From contig NC_059433.1 in assembly GCF_021028975.2 (NCBI RefSeq), positions 80,600,001 to 80,664,000 of the forward strand: 64,000 bases of DNA, written 5' to 3'. This stretch comes from Sphaerodactylus townsendi (Eukaryota). Positions 1-12,935 of the stretch are shown here, piece after piece. Each line of letters begins with the position of its first letter. Position 1 is the stretch's first letter. The notes under the pieces were generated by a model. It saw only the letters and a list, made by a program, of their open reading frames with translations. It ran no database searches and was not told the origin of the DNA. Position numbers and translations under genes: made by a program.

Positions 1-121
1 TTAGCATGCTCCTTCTTCTGTTTGCTGTGATATCCAAACCAAATTTCCTGTGCATTTTATAGATGAAAAAACAAAACAAGAAACCGAGCAGCTGTGTTTT
101 GGATGTTTTCCAAAGCCAAAT

Positions 122-528
122 ACAAATGTTTGCAGATAAGTGAAATAAGCTTTTTTTTAAAAAACACACACTAAAGTTTTGATTATAAAGGTTAGGGAGG
201 GGGAGGAGGAATCACCTAGTTGTGACCCACCCATCCTGGAGGGATGGGTCAAGGGGAGGGGCCTGTCATCTATTCATGGCCCACCCACACTAGGGGGAGG
301 GTTAGGGAGGGGGGGTACAATGGGTTTTCCTGGGAGTGTAAAGGTTTTCCTATTCTTCCCTATAGCCTGTGCCACCGATTGCCTCTTTGAAGGCAGCATA
401 GTGGAGCCATCCCCAGCCACTGATCTATCACCCTTCCCCTGTTTTTGGTTTGGGCTGTCCACAAATGTTTGCAGATAAGTGAAATAAGCTTTTTTTTAAA
501 AAAACACACACACTAAAGTTTTGATTAT
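122..528. repeat. ~65-bp direct repeat (122-186, 461-528) flanking a ~270-bp insert that is an inverted copy of 5187-5461
   Basis: acaaatgtttgcagataagtgaaataagc...gttttgattat occurs twice. The reverse complement of the insert aligns to 5187-5461 with about 15 differences. Confidence 0.9.
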
Positions 529-2009
529 GAAAACAGAAATAGGTTCAAGCTTCTAAACAGGGTAGCTCCACAAGAAAAACCATTTCCACTGATAAGTTAC
601 CAAAGATTGGGTTTGATTCAATGAAATGTGAGTGCATAGATCTTTCCCATCTCCCTTTCCATCAGTCCTCCTTGGCATGGTGGTATGACAGGAGGTATGG
701 GTGACATGGCATATAAAGGTGATTGCAATATTAACTATGTTTAGTTCAGGAGTTTAAATGCTAGAGTCTTGTTATTGAACACTCTGGGGAGCGACAGCAG
801 ATGCTGCCAAAGCAATATTTTTTAAAAAATATGCACAGCCAATCATATGTGCAGTGGTCAATCAGAATTTTTACTAGGCAAATCCCCACCTGGCCCCATC
901 CACTTTCCATAAATAATTTGTGGGTGCCAAGAAAAGTGTCATTAGGTGCCATGGGGCCCACAGGCACCATTTGAGGGACCTCTACTGTAATGACTCCATA
1001 AAAGAAATATGATAAGGAGTCTCCTTTTACTACAGAAAGATTTGAGGGGATTTTGTATATCAAATGTGTCAAAGTATTCAAGAGTCTCACTTAAGCTAGA
1101 ATTCTAGAAGTGGTTAGGTAGTTCTTTAAGCTTTTTTTCCCTTTGTTGCCAAGGCAAGATAAGGAAGGCAAATGGTTCTGTTTCGTAAAGATCTTGCTCT
1201 ACTAGTTTATTGCCATTCTTGCTGCTAAAATGGAGCATTCTTCATTTTTTTCCTCCCCAAGTAATCTTTGTGTTTTATTATTAAATGAAATGTTAGTACT
1301 TAGTTCTACATGATAGAGGATTTAGGCCTTTGCTGTGCCTATCTATACCTGCCATTTGTTTCAACATGAACTCTTGCATGTACAGTGCCTTATTAATTTT
1401 ACCCCCCTCTTGCCCCCCCACAATAAATATGGCAGTAAAGTATGACAAAATAAAGTGAATCGTTAACAGCTGTCCATAAAATGTGGCAGCAACAGCAACA
1501 AAACCAAAGTTGGAAAATTATGTGCAACCACAGTTAGCCTGCCAAAGTTTCTTTTTCTCTGACTGTTCTGTCCTTGTGGCTCTGCATGCATAGACACCCT
1601 GCACAGGTGTGTGCGTGGGATGTTAGAAAAGGACCCAGGTGTTGGCTGAGACATTCTCTCATTAACAACAGATGATGTTCACTTTTATTAGTCTGCTTAT
1701 TGCTCATGGGGACAAACTTGGCCCCCTCCAGTCCTGGCAGTTTGACATTTCAGCTCTTGAAAAAGAGAGAGATGAGATCTTTGTAGGTAACGTAGTCCTG
1801 CTTGATGAAGTTTGGACAACAAAGATAGATAGATCAGTGCCAGAAGACTCCAACTGCTTTCAAACACAGACAGACTGTGATCTCTTGGACAGTATCACTT
1901 CGATCTCTTGTACAAAGTTTGCTCTAAATCATGGTCTGGCTCATGTAGTTCATGACAGATTTTAACTTGTTCAAGCACTTTGAGCATTCATGGAAAGGCA
2001 AGCACTGCC

Positions 2010-2205
2010 TTACCTGGTTGGCCAAGGCTAGCCCCATCTCATCAGATCTCAGAAACTAAGCAGGGTTAGTGCTTGGATGGGAGATGACCAAGGAAGATCA
2101 GGGTGGCTATGCAGAAGCAAGCAATGGCAAACCAGTTCTAAGCGTCTCTTGCCTTGAAACCTTACAGTGTCACCATAAGCCACCTGCAACTTAACACTGT
2201 TTTCC
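2010..2205 (+). mobile_element. 5S rRNA-derived SINE (5S-Sauria/SINE3-like), degraded
   Basis: cccatctcatcagatctcagaaactaagcaggg..ttagtgcttggatgggaga resembles 5S rRNA, followed by a non-5S ggcaaacc...cttgccttgaaacc body. Confidence 0.75.
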
Positions 2206-4289
2206 CTCACCAACAAGTGTTTCCAGCTTCAGAAGCTGGGCGGGTGTCTACCGGAGGGAGAAGTCCCTCCATGTAAACATGCTCTAATTGTGGTACCCAT
2301 CAAGTCATAAGATCTTGCTGGGTTACCATGGACCAGACTAATTGACCTCATGGGGTTGTTCTGCAGATAAAATGGAGGAGAGGAGAATGATGTAACAACA
2401 TTTTGGATCTCCAAGGGAGGCAGATTGAATATAAATGAAGGGTATATAAATAAATCTACATTGCCATTTTTTTAATGCCAGGCGAGGTCTTTCACATTTA
2501 CTTACATAGAGGGGTCCTGACCCTCTGAAATGCATGGTTTTATGGCCATTTTTTTCCATTCCATTATCACTGTTGATATAAACTTAGATTTTTGTTGTTG
2601 TTTTGAGTAGTTTGGATTCAGCATAAAGACGTCTGTGAATTACCACGAGACGCGGTTGCTGCTCGGTGTGGGGAGAAGCAAAACCAGCTGATACCGCCCC
2701 AGTAAGGGCAGAAGGGGAAGGAGAACCACACTTGGAAAGGGCTAGCATCACCAGAAGAAAGGAGGGGCAAACCGAGACTTTAAAGGTGGTTGGAGGGAAG
2801 TAGAGTATTCACCATCTTTCCCTTCCTGTGGTACTCTGTGGTTAGACCCAGAAATTCTGAGAGCTAAAGAGCCTTTGTGAAAAAAAATGCACCACAGTGT
2901 GAGAGGTGGCAGCGGATAAGCCTCCTTCTCCCTTTTCCACTCTGTGCTGTCAGATGAGGGAGGAGGCAGCAATTTCCCCTCCTCACTGCAACACTGAGTA
3001 CTGTGGTGCTAGGTGGGGCCTGTGGTGCTTGGTGAGGCCTGTAATCTTGCAGGATTTCAACTGATCTCCAGATGACAGAGATCAGTCCCCCTGCAGAAAA
3101 TGGATACTTTGAAGAGAGAATTGTATAGCATTATATCCTGCTCAGGTCCCACACCAAACCCTCTTTCTCCTCCACACTCAAATCTCTGGGAATTTCCCAA
3201 CTTAGACTTGGCAGCTCTGAATAGTTATTGCATTCTCAGGGATCTCTCAACCCTCTCAGAGAATTTTCAGGAGAAGATGTTGGGGAAAGGGGAGGGGAGA
3301 AAAAGATCTACTCTGCCTTCTCTTTCCAGGAGCTTTTGTAGTGAATCCAACCCAGTGTTTTCTAAAACAGAACCATGTGAAATGAAGATATCTTAAAATA
3401 TGCCCATTGTGTCCCTTTCTATTATGTGGTGTTGTTTCTGTGATGTAATGCTGACATTACAGGTAGATGCTGAATGTTCAGATGAATGTGACAATATTTT
3501 GTTTTCCAACCCCTTTCATTGCCAATATGATTTACCCCCACCCCCGCCATGACTAGAGTGTCTAAATTTAAAATGAAATTGAATTAGCATACCAGCATAT
3601 GGATGGAACAGCAGGATGTGCTTCGTTGCTTACTTTGCTTTGCAAAATTCTGTCTTCATTATTAAATCGGCTCAGGTCCCAAATTTCAGATCCACATTGA
3701 GAAGGCGAATATTTCAAACACCACACTGCCACTGTGTTTTGGCATACCGCAGAGAGGATCATTGAACCTTGGTCAATGGCTTTGATTCTGCAACTTCACC
3801 TTCAACTGATTCCTACTCAGCCCATTCCTGAGAAGCACAAATATTACAATGGATTGAAGGCTATTTAAAATTTGAATTTTGGTTATTTTTGTTCAGGGTT
3901 GGAAGTAAACACACGCACCGCATAGTAAGCTCTTTTTTATGGTACAGATAGTTTCTGCTTCCATTGTTTGTGTTCCTTTCTGTTTTCTGCACACACACGG
4001 ACTGACCACTTGAGAAGTTTCTCCTGAGGGTTAAAGAATCCTCAGGAACAACATTGGTATGCAACGTTACAGTTTGCGTGTGAGGCACATGGAAATTGTT
4101 GGCTCCCAGCCCTTGCATGAGCAGAAGTGTCTTCTGCTTGTCAAGGGTACTTGTAGATTCAATCAGTTATTTCCCTGCACAAGCTATGGTGGTAGAAAGT
4201 GCTATCAAGTCACAGCTGACTTATGGCAACATCTTAGAGTTTTCAAGAGAGATAGTTTGCTATTTCCTGACTTTGTACAGTGATCTTGG

Positions 4290-4384
4290 ACTTCCATGGT
4301 GGTCTCCCATCCAAATACCAAACAGGGCTGACTCTGCTTTGTTTCCAAGATCTAACAAAATTGGGATAGCTTGGACCATTCAGG
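4290..4384 (-). mobile_element. 5S-derived SINE head fragment
   Basis: ggtctcccatccaaatac...cagggc...tgctt..tttccaagatc is reverse-complement 5S-like sequence. Confidence 0.6.
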
Positions 4385-4386
4385 GT

Positions 4387-4466
<80 letters not shown>
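4384..4466. repeat. Compound microsatellite (GT)n(GA)n
   Basis: Directly visible. Confidence 0.98.
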
Positions 4467-4468
<2 letters not shown>

Positions 4469-6858
4469 CACATGTTCCTAAGGATATTATTTGGTATTAT
4501 CAGTCTTTATTTGCATCTGCTCCACATTTTGTCACCAGTTGACTGATGGAATGTTCTGTCTATTTGCCAATGTCACGAAATTTTCCTGAACATTGTTATA
4601 CAGACTCTTTAAATATATTTTGATAGCTTCCACAAAGCATTTGCTAATATCCATTTTCTCCCTTATGTGTCTCTAAGAGGTTGTTATGTGCATGTCTGTA
4701 TGTGTGAGTTGCAGGAAAATAAAATCTGATTTATTCAACTGTGCATTTTGTTGAGAACAATGAGCAAGGCAGCTACACTTTGAAATTCTTTCAGATGATT
4801 AAACTAATTAATCAAGTAATTTAAATCATAATATGCTATGGTTAGTCTAGACTCTAGTAATAGGAAATGATTATCCATGCAAAAAAATGCTATGACTTAA
4901 TGTATAGGTTTCAATTATTGGGAGGGACTGGGAAGAAAAACAGCTTTTCCAAAATGACAGTTCTGTAAAAACAAAGAGCTTAAATTATATTGACGCAAAA
5001 GGATGTTTTAAAATCAATAGCTGGATTCGAATCCAGTAGCACCTTAGAGACTAAGAGAATTTGGAGAGTACAAACTGTAGTTATTCTACTGCAGATCTAC
5101 ACAGTTACCATCTGAAACTAATTTAAAACTAATGTTATCAATCCAAGATGAAACGTCTATTTACTTGGACACTACATCCACATTAGGTGGATGGCCCAAA
5201 CCAAAAAAAAGGGGAAGGGTGATAGATCAGTGGCTGGGGATGGCTCCACCATGCTGCCTTGAAAGAGGCAATTGGTGGCACAGGCTATAGGGGAGCATAG
5301 GAAAACCTTTACACTCCCAGGAAAAAACATTGTACTCCCCCTCCCTAACCCTCCCTCTAGTGTGGGTGGGCCATGAACAGATGACAGGCCCCTCCCCTTG
5401 ACCCATCCCTCCAGGATGGGTGGGTCACAACTAGGTAATTCCTCCTCCCCTCCCTAACCTTCCCCTCCCTAGCCCCCCAACTCCAGGTGGGTGGGCAACA
5501 AACACATTCATGCTATACTTTTCAGTAGCGTAAGTCTGCACCACCGCATGGGAGCATTCCCAGCCTGAAAGAACATTGTGAGATGACTAACACTGGTTCT
5601 ACCACTGGATATTCCCCCTATGATGCCAGCATGGACAGTTGTAGTGGAGGGCCACTGCTGTAGGGGTCAGCTTCTGGGTTTGGCTGCCATGCATCCAGGG
5701 GCCCAGTGCCAAGGTATGTGGCCCATTGCCAGTAGCACTGGGCATGGACATGGGCATTGGACTCCCACTCCTTCCAGTGCAGATTCAGCCCACCATCACC
5801 ACCGCCCCTCTCTTCAATTGCACTCTTAATATTATTGGAGATTTGTTGATGCTGTGCTATCTGTTCCTTTTCAACACATTTTGAATTGTATGCATCATGT
5901 TTGTTTCTACCCTTTAAGAAATTTAGGGCAGTATATTTGAATGTTTCAACCTTGTGAGATAGGTTAGGCTAAAAGATAAACAAGCTGACGAGTGTCCAGT
6001 GAGGTTTATGCTCAGTCCAACACTCTTAATCAGTTTTCAAGTAATTGATAGGTGCAGATTACAGTCCGATTAACATGCTATAACTAGCGCTAATATTATT
6101 TTATCTTAACATATTTGAGGGCTAAGTTAGCATTTTCAATCATTAATTGCATACTTATCTAGGTATTTTATTGACCACTGAACCTGAGAACTTGCTGTAA
6201 TCTTAACTAATGCACCTGCAAAGTCACAGAGAGCCGTGAAATAATGACAACAGTGACAACTGATTTTCCCCTAATCAGAAGGCTTATTTATATTCTTGGA
6301 TCCCACTGATAGCAACTATATTTCAACCAGCTGCAATTAAACTTGTCTGTGCAGGTGCTGGTTAGAATCTCCTGATAGTAAATATGTTTTTATGAATATG
6401 TTTATGCATCACAGTGAAGAAACATCATATTGTGTGATATGCTGGCACAATAGTAGTGAGCCTCATCCTGAGCACTCATTTCTGGTAAACCAATTATTAA
6501 AATCACAGTTTTATTTTCTGTTATACAAGTAAATTAATTGTACTCTTTCAAGTCCACATTAAACAGCCTTGCAGGATCAATCAATCAGGATCAATTTCTG
6601 AGAGAAATGTATCTTCGGTTTTTAACTTCTTTATATTGAGATATGGGTACCACTACATCGGTGACATGAGTATCCTGTTTCATGCTGTTATGGCTGAGTG
6701 TTATCGATTTAGAAACCAAGCAACCAGAATGTCTGCTAAGTGATGAAAATATGAATGTATGAAATTGCCTTATGCCAGTTAGTACATTTGGTCAAGTCAT
6801 GTCTGCTCACAGGGCCCTTCTGCACATGCAGAATAATGAATTTTCAATCAACTTTTAA

Positions 6859-8005
6859 CAGAAGCATTCCTCCCATTGTGCAAAGTGGGCAGTTGCCCAG
6901 GGCGCCACCTTGTTTGTGGGATTTTGTTTGTGGGATTTTTTGTATTTTCAGTGCTTTTTTCTGTTTATGGCCTGCAGAGGGTGTAGGTTTTAGGCTAGCA
7001 GCACCAAAATTTCAGGGATTTTTTGGGAGACTCTCCTGATGATATCACCCAGGTTTGGTGAGGTTTAGTTTAGGGAGTCCAAAGTTATGGACTCCCAAAG
7101 GGAGTGCCCCATCCCCCATTGTTTCCAATGGGAGTTAATAGGAGATGGGGGCTACACTTTTGAGGGCTCATAACTTTGGACCCCCTGAACCAAACTTCAC
7201 CAAACCTGGCTGGTATCATCATTAGGGTCTCACAAAGATACTCTGAAATTTTGGTGCTACTATCTTAATAATTGCACCCTGACAGCAGGCACTCCCTAAA
7301 TTTCCCCAGATTTTCCTTTTAAATCCATCCCCTTCATGTCAATGCTTGTTTTCTTTCTTTTATTCTCTTGATGCCTAATAAAGGTTATTATTATTATTAT
7401 TGTTGTTGTTGTTGTTGTTGTTGTTAAATCCACCCCCTTTGGCATGGATTTAAAGGAAGAATCTGAGGTCCTTAGTTTAAACTAAGGGATAATCCACCCC
7501 AAAACAGCATCACTTTCAATGTTGTTTAAACTGGGGACCCCAGATTCTCCCTTTAAGGTGGATTTAAAAGGAGGATCTGGGCTCCCTAGTTTAAACACCA
7601 CTGAAAATAATGCTGTTTGGGGGTGGATTCCAGCATCACTTGTTTAAACTTGGGAGTCCAGATTCTTCTTTTAAATCCACCTTAAAGGGAGAATCTGGGG
7701 TCCCCAGTTTAAATAACATTGAAAGTGATGCTGTTTCCCCCAATTGGGTTGGACTGGATACAACACCATAAATGTTTTCATAGCAGTAATAAAACCTTTT
7801 GAAAGCATTTTGAAATATTTTTCAAAAAATATTTCTGCTGTGTTCAGATTTGTGAGTTGGGGCATGTTCTATAATGTGATGGTGACTTTGAAACGACCTC
7901 GTGGAAAAAATCTTTGTTTGGTCACGGTGGGGGAGGGTGGCCGCCCATGGGGGGAATCAAACTCAGGTTTTGCCCAGGGCTCCAGTTTGCCTAGGTACGC
8001 CACTG
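6859..8005. mobile_element. Non-autonomous hAT-type element (~1.15 kb)
   Basis: Ends cagaagcattcc / ggtacgccactg; 8-bp TSD acttttaa/acctttaa; internal inverted subrepeats; second copy at ~52065-53028. Confidence 0.8.
7336..7424 (+). mobile_element. LINE 3' tail (RTE-X-like) with (TTA)n(TTG)n, inserted in the hAT element
   Basis: atgcctaataaaggt plus microsatellite tail; ~16-bp TSD taaatccatccccttc/taaatccacccccttt. Confidence 0.6.
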
Positions 8006-8167
8006 ACCTTTAATGCACTTTGAAGCTGGGTTTTACTGTGTGGGATAGCAAAATCCACTTGCAAACAATTGTGAAAGTGGATGGAAAGTGCATTATTCTG
8101 CATGTGCGGAAGGGGCCACAGTGACTGAAGCTCTCAAGCACAGAGTTTTTATAGTCCCTCTATCTTG

Positions 8168-8836
8168 GGCCGTTTCCGCACGGGCAAAATATGACGTCGT
8201 CGCAACGGAAAAAGAAGCGTCAGAGCGAGAGCGTTCGCACGCGCAGCGGCGGAGGTGCGCATTCGCGCCGTCGCGGAAACGCTAAACCGGCGCGAAGACG
8301 CCGTATTCAGAAAACGCTTTGAACCACTCTTTTTCCCCCTGTGACGCATCGACCCTTGCACCGTCACGGCGTAACAGCCGCGAAGGGAGCGCCGTCTTCA
8401 AAATGGCGACTGCCAGACGGTAGCTGGGTCACCTTTGTCCCTCTACACACAATACACACACGTTCGTCCCTGGTGCTTTCCCTGCATGGCCAAGCACCTT
8501 TCCCAGACCCATGCACTGGGACTGACAGTAGCTGGGAGGGGAGGCACTGACAGATGGGGGACGGGCAGGACATCAGGGCAGTCACGTTGTCCATCGCGCA
8601 GACTGCTGAGTGTGGCATGGCCCGTCGGGCCTCGCCGACGTGTTTCAGAAGTCGCGCCAAAGCGCAACTTATCGCGAGACGCCCGCTTCCGCAGCGCCTT
8701 CACGTCACCGAACCGTCACATTTCTGCGGGGCTGCGGACGCCCGCAGCTCCGCCTGTCTGTGTGAACGCTTTTTTCGGGATGCGTCGCAATTTGCGACGT
8801 CATCGCGTCGCTGCTTTTGGCCGTGCGGAAACGGCC
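8168..8836. mobile_element. CpG-rich Harbinger-type non-autonomous element
   Basis: Perfect 16-bp TIR ggccgtttccgcacgg/ccgtgcggaaacggcc; 3-bp TSD TTG. Confidence 0.85.
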
Positions 8837-10514
8837 TTGGGTTGCCAGCTAAGTTCTGGTGAGAGCTATGGGGGCCTGGGACATGCAAAATAGGTGTTGT
8901 GGCAATACTGCCATATCGCTTCTGGCACAAAACTGGCTGTGATTTCAGCATGTTGGCCTGATACTCAAACTTAAACTCAAAATTCGTGGAGTTTTTGTGG
9001 AATCCTAGAACACCATGCCAATGTACTGACTTCTGGGTTCCTACCACAAGCGATGCAATGACATCTATTCCCCCATTTCTGCCCATTGGTCTACAGAGAG
9101 GCAGGTGACTCCTGGGTTCTGGCCCCCCACCTAGTTTTGCTTAAGGCTCAAAAGTCACATTACATTTAACATTTATTTTATCGAATTTATATACCCCCTC
9201 CCGCATTCATAGGAAGCCAAGTTCTCTCCTGGGGGAGTCCACAGCTGCTTCTAAAACTGCAATTTTTTAAGCAACCAGAATACTAAATTGTGAGTTCTTC
9301 ACAGCAGTAAAGTCATCCACAGTCTTGGTCTGTTTGGGTTCTGGGGTTCCTAGCTCCTTTTTAAGTGCTAAGAAAACGCTCACTCACGATTCCTGGAGAC
9401 TCCTAATTCATTCAGTTTACTGGCCAGGTCAGCAATTCAAATATTTGTCTTTTCCTCACAGTCAGGTTGAGATAAATAAAGACTTGACTGTTTCAGCAAA
9501 GGTTTGTAGTATGACAGTTAGCCATGAGCTGTGGAAATAGCTCTACAAGTGCTATCACCTTGTCACCATCTTTCCATAAGCCCCAACAGAAGTCCAGTGG
9601 GAACTAATTCTAAAGTGCCAGAGGGTCCCCATTTGTATTGGAACCATGGTGTTGGGAAATGAGGGTCTCTTGTCTCCTCACACTATTTCCCCAATCGAAA
9701 ACAGTAGCAGGGACATTGTTTGCCTATTGTCAGGTTGCATGTTGACTATTTGCAGGCTCTCCACTATGGTATTGTGGTCCTAATGGAGTACTCACATCTG
9801 GCAATCACACATTAAATGTAATATGTAATTTCAGCCTTTTACCTGGAGATGCCAGAAACTCAGCCTGCAAATATTTGCATGCAAAGCATTTGCTGGAACT
9901 GTAGCCCCATCTGCTATAACACCAGGAAAAATATTCTTCTTCTGAAAATTGTTTATTTCCCCCCCTTATCCCTGGGAAAATAAAGAGCCTTTATTGTACA
10001 GCAGAGTTCCTCTTGACATTAGAAGTATAGAGAAATTTCAGTCCCCAGTTGATACTTTTCATGAGTCAGACACGGGTATGTAGAGAGTTAGAATGTATTA
10101 CAGAATGCTCAAATACATTTTCAGGAAATAAGACAAAGAACTGCAATATCTTTAAAACAGCAATACTAAAGGTACAATAATATTTTTCAATTCTGTATTC
10201 AGGAGTGTTTTCACTGAAGTTTGATATAACCAGAATAACCAACATTTGTGAAGTGCATCCTGACAAAACTAATCTAAAGATTTGTTTTTGAAATGTGAAT
10301 ATTAAAGAGTCAAAAGAACTGAAGTCAATGAGAGTTTATTATCAGACATCTTTGCTGGATTAGACTATCATTTTAGAAAACTAATGTCTTTCTTGTAGAA
10401 AAACTTGAAGTGCAGGAAAAGATAATCTATATGCAGAATGAAATATAAATATATCATCAACTCTTCAGTTGTTATAAAATGCATAGTGAATATCCATTCA
10501 TTATATCTTATTCC

Positions 10515-11690
10515 ACAGAGGATTACAATTGGTGAGAGAACCTCTGTCTACCACTCAATGGTGTGTAGAGTCCTGCAAGGAGCAATTCTTTGACCAGTCT
10601 TATTTAACATTTAACATCTGTCCTCGTAATCCATTGGTTTGGACTGGGGTGTCATTGATATGCAGATGACACCCAGTTGTATCTGATGATGGGCAGTTGG
10701 CTAGACAGTGCCCCAGATATTTTGGTCAATTGCTTTGAGGCTGGGATGGAATGGATGAAAAAGAGCTGATTGAAATTAAATTGAACAAAGATGGAGGTCA
10801 TGTGACTAGACTGGGGTAAGGGGAAGCTAGGTGGAGAGTGCAGAGTACCAATGGCATGCAGTTCTGGTCATCGAGAATTTAGGTGTGCTTCTTAACTCCT
10901 CCTTGATAATGGAAACTCAGATAGCACACATGACTCACATGGCATTTTTCCATCTATGCCAGGTGAAGCAGTTGGCCCTCATCTGTCCCAAGATTACCTG
11001 GGCACAGTGATCCACACAATGGTCACCTCTAGACTCTGGAACTCACATTATGCAGGACTCCCCTTATGCTCGCTTCGAAAATTCCAACTGGTCCAGAATG
11101 CAGTAGTGAGCTTGCGGAAAGCATACATCCAAATGGTGCCTGTTAGCTGCACTGGCTTTGGGTGGAGTACTGGATCAGGATTAAGGATTTAGTACTGACA
11201 TACAAAGCCCTAAATGGTTGGTGGCCTTCAGGACTGGCTCTCCTGGTCAGTCCCCTGGAGACAGTTGAACTCAGCAAGTGGACACCTGCTGGAGGTCCCA
11301 GGCCCTAGAGAGATTTGGATAGTCTCAGCTAGGGCTAGTGCTTTTTTAACCCAGACCCCAACCTGGTTGAAAACTCTTGTCTAATGAGATCCAGGCTCTG
11401 CTGTCTTTGTCACAGTTCTGCAGGGCCTGTAAGACAGACCTGTTCCACCAGGCATACAGTTGAGACAGGTATGGTTTTTTCCATCTGCCCTCCCCCATTC
11501 TAGTTCCACACTGCTGTTCTGTGAGATTTAACCTTCTCCTTGGAAGCAAATGAGTTTATTCCACAATCAATGTTGTTTTCTATTGTATGTTTTTAAACTA
11601 AGTAAATATTTATCTCTATTAACTGTTGGAGGCTGCTCTGAGCCCATAAGGGGAGGAGCGGCATAAAAATCTAATATGAATAAATAAAGT
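10515..11690 (+). mobile_element. L2/CR1-clade LINE 3' fragment (degraded RT and 3' UTR)
   Basis: Remnants of the (G)VPQGxIL..LFNI and YADDTQLY (tatgcagatgacacccagttgtat) RT motifs; ends gctctgagccc...aataaataaa. Confidence 0.8.
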
Positions 11691-11754
11691 GGTACAAAAA
11701 TTGCATTAATAGGAACCTACTTTTGCTGCAGATGGTGAGAGCTTTCTCTGCTCA

Positions 11755-12470
11755 AATAAAGACACGACAACGACAGGCTGGAAAAGGATTGGGCTGCAGC
11801 CCAATTTATTAATATATATATATCAATAACATGATTAAACTTCAACTATATGCAAGGAAGCTGGGCGGCAAACGGGTCGCACATCAAATATCCCAATCTC
11901 CATTGGGAACTATCGAGGAGAAGGGGAGCCCCAGAGATATCACCTCCGGCTTCCACCCTTCCGCCCTTGCTGAGGAGATGGGCACCGGCTAAGCCTCGTA
12001 ACCGCCGCCTACCAGCCCGCCCTCCTCTCCGTGCTTGCTGGGGTGTCAGGCACCGGCTAAGCCCATGGCCGCCTATCGGCCCGACCCACCCCACTCCCAG
12101 GGGTGTCAGGCAGCGGCCTGGCCTGCCGGCCTGCCAGCCTGCCCGCCCCACCCCCGGCCCTTTCACAGGGCACAAGCCTGGGAGAACCTGCCGGAAGGAA
12201 GCTTGTTTTCTCCCCAGATGTGCGAGCTCCGTTGCCAAAACTCCGCCAGGGCTGCTATTACTAAAGTAGTAACCCCAACCCCAACCCCCTAAAACATAGG
12301 GAGGGTGGGTGGGCCACGCCTTTCTGAGTCTCGCCACCGGGAAGGGTGAGATCTGGGTGAGGCGTTCTTCATATATCTAGGCTCCTCCCGCCTTTACCGG
12401 CCAGGAGCCAATCAATGCACCCCATTTCTGTAGCATGCCGTCAAAGCTACATGCTTGCTTGCAGAAGCTT
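11755..12470 (-). mobile_element. Probable DIRS/Ngaro-like retrotransposon terminal repeat
   Basis: GC-rich block; minus strand ends aataaattgggctgcagccc...gtcgtgtctttattt, with TATA- and CCAAT-like motifs at the other end. Family call is by resemblance only. Confidence 0.45.
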
Positions 12471-12935
12471 CTATTTTGCTCCTTGGCTCACCCTGGCAGC
12501 AATGGCTGCACCCGGTTATTCGGTTGCTGCTTTAAAATAAACTACACACTAATTATTTTCTTCTTTCTGTTTTGGTTTTGATCTTGGCTTCGTTAAATAG
12601 ATTATATTTTTCTTCCCTTTGTGCCACTTTGGGAAGTATGAAAAATTCTTCATTTTCTGCAGTCTTACAGTGCAATCCTAAACACAATAATTAGGGTTGC
12701 CAACTCTTGGTTGGGAAATTTCTGTAGATTTGGGGGAGGTGGGCAGAGTTTGGGCACAGAGCTCAACAGAGATGTGATGCTGAAGCTAGATATGTACTGG
12801 TGTGTCCTTATTTTTGCTAGTTACAACATTTGTGGTTCTGGATGGGGGAAGTGTTCCATCAAAATGTTTTAGTCACAGTGGTTGTGGACAAGAATGCACC
12901 TTGTAATGTGTTTCTCAGGAAAAGTAATGCAATGT

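Larger units (their letters stand above)
6812..8117. mobile_element. PIF/Harbinger-type MITE (ggccccttccgcacatgcag family) split by a hAT insertion
   Basis: TIRs gggcccttctgcacatgcag / ctgcatgtgcggaaggggcc; 3-bp TSD ACA; halves at 6812-6858 and 8006-8117. Confidence 0.8.

Noticed and set aside
1672-1965. 97-aa ORF in non-repetitive-looking sequence
   Set aside because: No recognisable domain or convincing splice context; the length is compatible with chance.
2010-2110. 5S rRNA gene
   Set aside because: Diverged, internally deleted and fused to a SINE body, so a 5S-derived SINE.
8088-9086. Overlapping ORFs and CpG-island-like patch suggesting a promoter or nested gene
   Set aside because: Coincides with a TIR-bounded element (8168-8836).
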